A DNA stretch of 64,000 bases from an uncultured Elusimicrobia bacterium (GTDB lineage: Bacteria > Elusimicrobiota > Elusimicrobia > 2-01-FULL-59-12): contig OY969767.1 of the NCBI GenBank assembly GCA_963702895.1, positions 1,088,001-1,152,000 on the forward strand. Reading direction: 5' to 3'. Positions 58,597 through 64,000 of the stretch are shown piece after piece. Every line of letters begins with the position of its first letter. Within the stretch, counting starts at the first letter, position 1. The notes beneath the pieces were generated by a model. That model was not told the origin of the DNA. It worked only from the letters and a program-made list of their open reading frames with translations, and did not search any database. The position numbers were made by a program, and so were the translations under genes.

Positions 58597-59409
58597 TTAA
58601 TACGGAATTCGGGTGGGTGAAGGTGCGTTCGGCTGTTGGTTCGGCGGCGGAGGTGGACTGTTGCTCGGGAACGTCGGCAAGGAGTTGTAATCTTCAGGGC
58701 TTGATTTCGGAACGGATCTCTCGGAGGCGCCCGTGACCGTGCCAAAGCCTTCCAAAGTCCGGGTGCGGATATCTCGGGAAAGCTGGTCCCAGATGGTCTG
58801 CCGCGCTTCCTCTTCCGTGAGGGACCCCTCATAGCCGGACGAGGCCACATAATAGCGAAGTTCCCCGTTCATGTTGGGTTCTGTCCAAAGAGTGAGGTTC
58901 TTGATTTTGTCATAAAAGGTTACGTTCGCCAGGATCCACAGTTTGTACTCCGTGGGAACTTGGTTGGAGTCATAGCTCAAGGGCTCCAGGATATAGCGGG
59001 TGATATCGCCGATCACCACGCCGTCGGCCTGGTCTTCGGTCGTGATCTGGTAACGACCATCCCGGTTGAATTCGGATTGAACGGCCAGTGTCAGTTTGTC
59101 TTCAAGACCATACTGCTGGGTGTGATTGGTGAAAGGCCGTACCGCGAGTTTGGCGATGTGCTGCGGAAGAATCTGAGGAGCCGGGTTGTAGTAATACTTG
59201 GAGCAACCGGTCATGACAAAAGTGACGAGCAATGAGCAATGAGCGATGAGGATGATTAGGTGACGGTTCGGCAATTTAAGCCTAGTGAAATACGGCTCCA
59301 AAGCCGTCATTCCGGCGAAAGCCGGAATCCATGGTCGTTGACGCTTATGGACCCCGGCTTCCGCCGGGGTGACGTCAGAGGTGTGATTCACTAGTCTCAG
59401 TTTTCTCAT
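58597..59409 (-). CDS. lptE: LptE-like lipoprotein (start uncertain)
   Basis: Lipobox MTGC, PF.N.T, AD.V..G.I..Y; position between leuS and holA. Confidence 0.75.
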   Translation of the reverse strand: MRKLRLVNHTSDVTPAEAGVHKRQRPWIPAFAGMTALEPYFTRLKLPNRHLIILIAHCSLLVTFVMTGCSKYYYNPAPQILPQHIAKLAVRPFTNHTQQYGLEDKLTLAVQSEFNRDGRYQITTEDQADGVVIGDITRYILEPLSYDSNQVPTEYKLWILANVTFYDKIKNLTLWTEPNMNGELRYYVASSGYEGSLTEEEARQTIWDQLSRDIRTRTLEGFGTVTGASERSVPKSSPEDYNSLPTFPSNSPPPPPNQQPNAPSPTRIPY

Positions 59410-59415
59410 TGCTCA
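59226..59415. repeat. 7-mer inverted arms enclosing a REP-like pair
   Basis: GAGCAAT-type x3 at 59227, ATTGCTC near 59410; GTCATTCCGGCGAAAGCCGGAATCCA / TGGACCCCGGCTTCCGCCGGGGTGAC at 59306-59373. Confidence 0.75.
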
Positions 59416-59420
59416 CAACT

Positions 59421-61925
59421 TTATTTGATAACAATATTGACCAGCTTGTCGGGGACGACAATGGTTTTAACCACTGACTTTCCTGCTATGAGACTCTGAA
59501 CCTTGGGGTCTGCTAAGGCCTTGCGTTCGATCACATCTTTCGATGTCCCGGGCGCCATCTGCAGTCGTGAGCGTAGTTTACCATTAATCTGGACGACGAT
59601 TTCGACGATTTCCGCCGTGAGCCACTGGGCATCGGCCTTCGGCCAGGCTGAGGCCGAACAAAGACCCGGTTCGCCGAGGGTTTCCCAGAGTTCTTCCATC
59701 AAATGAGGTGCCACGGGGGACAGAAGCTGAAGCACCGCACGGACGGCTTCGCGAGACGTTGGATCGCCCAACGCGGGGTAGAGATAGAGCTCATTGACCA
59801 ACTCCATCACAGCGGCAATCGCGGTATTGATCTGGATTTCGACCCCATAATCAGCGGTGACTTTGTGGATCGCCCAATGCGTCTTTCGCTTAAGGCTCTT
59901 TTCTTGATCTGGGGTGGCTGTCCCGGACGAATGGGCTTTGGCCTGCGTGTCCTTCACGAGTCGCCAAACGCGGTTCAGAAAGCGCCAAGAGCCTTCGACG
60001 CCGGCATCGGACCATTCCAGCTGTTTCTCGGGGGGTGAGGCGAACAAGATGAAGAGGCGGGCCGTGTCCGCTCCGTATTTTGAAATGATGGCGTTCGGGT
60101 CAACCACATTCCCCCTGGATTTGGACATCGCGGCGCCTCCCAAGGTCACCATGCCTTGGGCGAGGAGCCGCTCGAAAGGCTCCTCGGAGCTGACCAACCC
60201 CAAGGCCTTCATGGCCTTGTGCCAGAAGCGCGAATAGATGAGATGCATGCAGGCATGTTCAATGCCGCCGATGTACTGGTTGACGGGCAGCCAGGGATTG
60301 ACCTCGCCGGGCGAAAAAGGCGCTGCCTGATTTTTAGAGTCTGCATAGCGCGCGAAGTACCAGGAGGAATCCACAAACGTGTCCATCGTATCGGTTTCTC
60401 TTTGGGCTTTTCCGCCACACTTGGGGCAGGTGGTGTTGACAAAGGAGGAAGATTGGGCCAGCGGTGATTGCCCTGTTCCCGTAAACGCAACCTCGGCAGG
60501 AAGGCGTACCGGGAGGTCTTGTTCAGGGACAGGCACAATCCCACAAGAAGCGCAGGTGAGCATGGGGATGGGCGTGCCCCAATAACGCTGCCTTGACACG
60601 AGCCAATCCCGGAGCTTATAGGTGATTGTGGGCTTGCCTTGTCCGCGCGCTTTGAGCCATTCCCCTACCTTGCGTTTGCCCTCTTGGGACGGCGTGTCGT
60701 TAAACTCGCCGGAATTCATCATGACCCCTTCGGCTTCGTAGGCACCCTCCCCCCTTGTGGGGGAGGAAGGAGGTGGGGGGCCACCCCTATCCCTGCCTTC
60801 CCCCATCAAGGGGGAAGGAGTGATCGGTCGGATGACTTGAATGATGGGAATTTTGTATTTCGTGGCAAACTCAAAATCGCGCTGGTCATGGGCCGGCACG
60901 GCCATGATGGCGCCTGTCCCATAGTCCATGACGACATAATCAGCCACCCAGATGGGCACCGGCTTTTGATTGACGGGGTTCATGGCGTTAACGCCCAGGG
61001 AGAAACCGGTTTTCTCATCGGTTTCCTGGCGTTGTCGCCTGCGTTCTCGCTGCCCCCGAAGGAGGGTCTCTAAGGCCGTGGATTTCCCCGCTTGCGCGGC
61101 GAGCTCTTGGGCGAGCGGATGTTCCGGGGAGAGCGCCATGAAGGTCGCTCCGAAGAGCGTGTCCGGGCGAGTCGTGAAGACGGTGATCGACTCTTTGCGT
61201 CCTTGGATCGGAAAGACGACTTCCGCTCCGTCACTTTGGCCGATCCAGTATTGCTGCATGGTGATCACTTCATCCGGCCATTTCCCCTTGAGCAGCTCAT
61301 GGCCCTGGAGCAGCGCTTCGGCGAAGGCCGTAATTTTAATGAACCATTGCTCGAGTTCCTTTTGCTGGACCACGGAATCGCACCTCCAGCATTGGCCGGA
61401 AGCGGACACCTGCTCGTTGGCCAGAACGGTCTGGCAGGAGGGACACCAGTTCACGGAAGCTTTTTTCTTGTAGACCCAGCTCTTTTCGAAAAACTTAATG
61501 AAAAACCACTGGTTCCAGCGGTAGTAATTCTCGTCACAGGTCGCGAGTTCCCTCTCCCAGTCATAGGAGATGCCCAGGGCCTTGAGTTGATCGCGCATGA
61601 TGGCGATGTTCTGACGCGTCCATTTCTCAGGATGGACCTTGTTTTTGATGGCGGCGTTTTCGGCCGGCAGGCCAAAGGCGTCCCAGCCAATGGGGTGCAG
61701 AACGTTTTCCCCCTTCATGCGGTGGAAGCGCGCGACGACATCCCCCAGGGTATAGTTGCGGACATGTCCCATATGGAGGCTGCCGGAAGGGTAAGGGAAC
61801 ATCTCCAGAGCGTAATAGCGCGGGCGGGGGTCGTTGGCTTTCGCGGCGAAGCACTTCTGCTTCTCCCATACCGCTTGCCATTTCTTTTCGATGGCCCGGA
61901 CGTCGTAAGTGTTCTTATGTTCCAT
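59421..61925 (-). CDS. leuS: Leucine--tRNA ligase
   Basis: MFPYPSG.LHMGH, FTTRPDT, SRQRYWG.PIP, AMSKS. Confidence 0.98.
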   Translation of the reverse strand: MEHKNTYDVRAIEKKWQAVWEKQKCFAAKANDPRPRYYALEMFPYPSGSLHMGHVRNYTLGDVVARFHRMKGENVLHPIGWDAFGLPAENAAIKNKVHPEKWTRQNIAIMRDQLKALGISYDWERELATCDENYYRWNQWFFIKFFEKSWVYKKKASVNWCPSCQTVLANEQVSASGQCWRCDSVVQQKELEQWFIKITAFAEALLQGHELLKGKWPDEVITMQQYWIGQSDGAEVVFPIQGRKESITVFTTRPDTLFGATFMALSPEHPLAQELAAQAGKSTALETLLRGQRERRRQRQETDEKTGFSLGVNAMNPVNQKPVPIWVADYVVMDYGTGAIMAVPAHDQRDFEFATKYKIPIIQVIRPITPSPLMGEGRDRGGPPPPSSPTRGEGAYEAEGVMMNSGEFNDTPSQEGKRKVGEWLKARGQGKPTITYKLRDWLVSRQRYWGTPIPMLTCASCGIVPVPEQDLPVRLPAEVAFTGTGQSPLAQSSSFVNTTCPKCGGKAQRETDTMDTFVDSSWYFARYADSKNQAAPFSPGEVNPWLPVNQYIGGIEHACMHLIYSRFWHKAMKALGLVSSEEPFERLLAQGMVTLGGAAMSKSRGNVVDPNAIISKYGADTARLFILFASPPEKQLEWSDAGVEGSWRFLNRVWRLVKDTQAKAHSSGTATPDQEKSLKRKTHWAIHKVTADYGVEIQINTAIAAVMELVNELYLYPALGDPTSREAVRAVLQLLSPVAPHLMEELWETLGEPGLCSASAWPKADAQWLTAEIVEIVVQINGKLRSRLQMAPGTSKDVIERKALADPKVQSLIAGKSVVKTIVVPDKLVNIVIK

Positions 61926-62585
61926 TTAAGCGCGCTGGAGCAGAAAAAAGGTTTCCTGGTTTCCCTTGCGACCTTTGAGGGACGAATCACACCGGTCGAG
62001 CAGGTTCAAACCGATGCGAGCGAAGAAGTCTTCGGTCCTTTTGAGAATCAACTGCCTCGTGGCCTCATCCCGCACAAATCCGCCCGGGGCTTCCTTGGGC
62101 GTTCCTTCAAACTGTGGCTTGACGAGTGTAAGGATGCGGCCATCATCCGTCAGGCATTCCAGGATTGGAGCCATTATTTTAGCAAGTGAAATAAAGGAAA
62201 GGTCGACGGTGACCACGTCAGGCTTTTCCGAGAGTTGTGAAAGGTCCATATGGCGGAAGTTCGTGCGTTCATGAAGTTCGACTCGCGGGTCCTTTCGAAG
62301 CCGGTAGTCCAGGAGGCCATAACCGACATCGATCGCGATCACTTTCCTGGCGCCGGCCTGCAGAAGGCAGTCGGTAAAGCCGCCGGTGGACGATCCGATG
62401 TCCATACAGACTTTATTTCGAATGGAAGTGCCAAAGTGGCGAAGTGCACCTGAGAGCTTGTGGCCGCCACGGGAGACGAACTTCTGTCCCCCTGGAGCGG
62501 GCGAACTGCCCTGGGCGGCACGTGAGATCAGGTCGGTTGGTTGGTCTCGGCGTGCGATGGACTTTCTGTTGGGAATCGGAGCCAG
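61926..62585 (-). CDS. tlyA: TlyA-family rRNA methyltransferase lacking S4 domain (start uncertain)
   Basis: FVSRGGHKL upstream of the tracked ORF, DIGSSTGGFTDCLLQ.GA, DLSFISL, LVKPQFE, G.KGN.E. Confidence 0.85.
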   Translation of the reverse strand: MAPIPNRKSIARRDQPTDLISRAAQGSSPAPGGQKFVSRGGHKLSGALRHFGTSIRNKVCMDIGSSTGGFTDCLLQAGARKVIAIDVGYGLLDYRLRKDPRVELHERTNFRHMDLSQLSEKPDVVTVDLSFISLAKIMAPILECLTDDGRILTLVKPQFEGTPKEAPGGFVRDEATRQLILKRTEDFFARIGLNLLDRCDSSLKGRKGNQETFFLLQRA

Positions 62586-62587
62586 GC

Positions 62588-64000
62588 TCAGCTCACAGGT
62601 TCAAGAGAAGGCCGTCGGTGCTTGAGGAACTCGAGTGTCGTATGAGCGATCTTCTCAGGGGAGAGCCCCACCATCTCGCGCAGGACGTTCTGCGGGCCGT
62701 GCTCAATAAACTTGTCGGGGATGCCGATGCGATGAATGCGCACGTCTGTTCCTTCCATCGCTTCCATGACCGCGCTGCCGAATCCTCCGGGGAGCACATG
62801 CTCTTCGATCGTGATGAAGTTCGGGGTCTGCCGGCAGAGCTGCAAGAGAAGGTCTTTATCGAGTGGTTTGACAAAACGCATGTTGACCACGCCACAGGGG
62901 ATGCCTTCCTTCTCAATAAGGGTCGCCGCCTTGAGCGCTGGATGCACCATGGCCCCGATGGCCAGAAGATACACTTCTTGCCCAGGTTTAAGCACGACAC
63001 CTTGGCCGATGGGAAGGGTCTTCAAGTCCCGGTCCAGAGGCACGCCTTCACCCGGACCGCGAGGGTAACGGAGGAGACAAGGCATGTTGTGGGAGAGGGC
63101 GGTCTTGAGCATATGTTGGAGTTCGTTTTCGTCGGCGGGGGCCATCACGACGAAATTCGGAATGATGCGGCTATATGCAAAATCAAGGACGCCATGATGC
63201 GTGGGTCCATCTTCACCGACAAGACCAGCCCGGTCTAGGGCCAAGACGACGGGCAGCTTTTGCAGGGCCACGTCGTGATGCATCTGGTCAAAACCTCGCT
63301 GCATGAACGTGGAATAGATGGCGGCGACGGGTCTAAGTCCTTCACAGGCCATGCCAGCGGCAAAAGTGACCGCATGTTCTTCCGCCAGGCCCACATCAAA
63401 AAAGCGCGAGGGGATTTCCTTGCGGAAAAGATCGGTGCCCGTTCCTTCCGGCATCGCGGCGGTGATGCAGGTGATGCGCGGGTCTTCTTTGGCGAGCCGG
63501 ACCAGTGTTTCTCCAAAAACCGTTTGATAAGCCGGAGGAGGCGGTGAGCTGGGCTTGAGCAGCGTTCCCGTTTTGACATCGAATTTTCCGGGGCCATGCC
63601 ACGTGTAGGGGTCTCGTTCAGCGTAATCGTAGCCTTTGCCTTTTTTCGTGATGATGTGGAGGAGGACCGGGCCCTTGAGTGTTTTGATGTTTTGCAGGAC
63701 TTCCACCAATTTGTCGACGTCATGGCCATCGACCGGACCAAAGTAGGAAAACCCCAACTCTTCAAAGAGCATGCCGGGGAAGAGCAGCACGCGCATACGC
63801 TTGGCGACACGTAAGAGGCCGGCGCCATAGAACTGGATGCGTTTCAGAAATTTCTCAACTTCCGCTTCAAGCTTTTTGGCAAGACCTCCCGTGAGGAGCT
63901 TGGTCAAGAAAGCGCCGAGCGCGCCGACGCGGTTGGAGATGAACATTTCGTTGTCGTTAAGGACCACCAGAAGGTCCGAGCCGACATGGCCGGCATTCTG
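62588..64000 (-). CDS. dxs: 1-deoxy-D-xylulose-5-phosphate synthase (5' part outside window)
   Basis: VLNDNEM.IS, GPVDGHD, TKKGKGY, DVGLAEEHAVT, DRAGLVGEDGPTHHG. Confidence 0.97.
   Translation of the reverse strand, partial: QNAGHVGSDLLVVLNDNEMFISNRVGALGAFLTKLLTGGLAKKLEAEVEKFLKRIQFYGAGLLRVAKRMRVLLFPGMLFEELGFSYFGPVDGHDVDKLVEVLQNIKTLKGPVLLHIITKKGKGYDYAERDPYTWHGPGKFDVKTGTLLKPSSPPPPAYQTVFGETLVRLAKEDPRITCITAAMPEGTGTDLFRKEIPSRFFDVGLAEEHAVTFAAGMACEGLRPVAAIYSTFMQRGFDQMHHDVALQKLPVVLALDRAGLVGEDGPTHHGVLDFAYSRIIPNFVVMAPADENELQHMLKTALSHNMPCLLRYPRGPGEGVPLDRDLKTLPIGQGVVLKPGQEVYLLAIGAMVHPALKAATLIEKEGIPCGVVNMRFVKPLDKDLLLQLCRQTPNFITIEEHVLPGGFGSAVMEAMEGTDVRIHRIGIPDKFIEHGPQNVLREMVGLSPEKIAHTTLEFLKHRRPSLEPVS

Overview
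GC-rich bacterial chromosomal segment. Gene style (paired GYF_2-type membrane proteins, a giant modular protein with a signal-like leader) suggests Elusimicrobiota, but this is inference only. The housekeeping backbone is mostly on the minus strand: lolD/lolE, lysS, prfB with an intact +1 frameshift site, lnt, secA, csp, an M16 protease pair, uvrC, nadE, an ECF sigma cluster, addA and addB split by a MoxR/DUF58/transglutaminase operon, NRAMP + MgtE-like, murJ, rpsT, holA, lptE, leuS, tlyA and dxs. Four things stand out. (1) A ~2,600-aa mosaic protein whose unrelated domains are joined by palindromic linkers bounded by a recurring GCY-GCC-GCG (P/R-AAA-P) motif, which also forms the gene terminus. 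(2) Three helically phased ~21-bp tandem arrays tied to the stop codon of a membrane-anchored wHTH gene and its displaced 3' duplicate, bracketing accessory genes. (3) An IS110 element inserted at a CT core in a REP-like repeat, with a readable bridge RNA. (4) Several families of 7/8-mer and REP-like palindromes inserted in frame into secA, addA, addB and leuS. All calls are by eye from motifs; no database searches were run.
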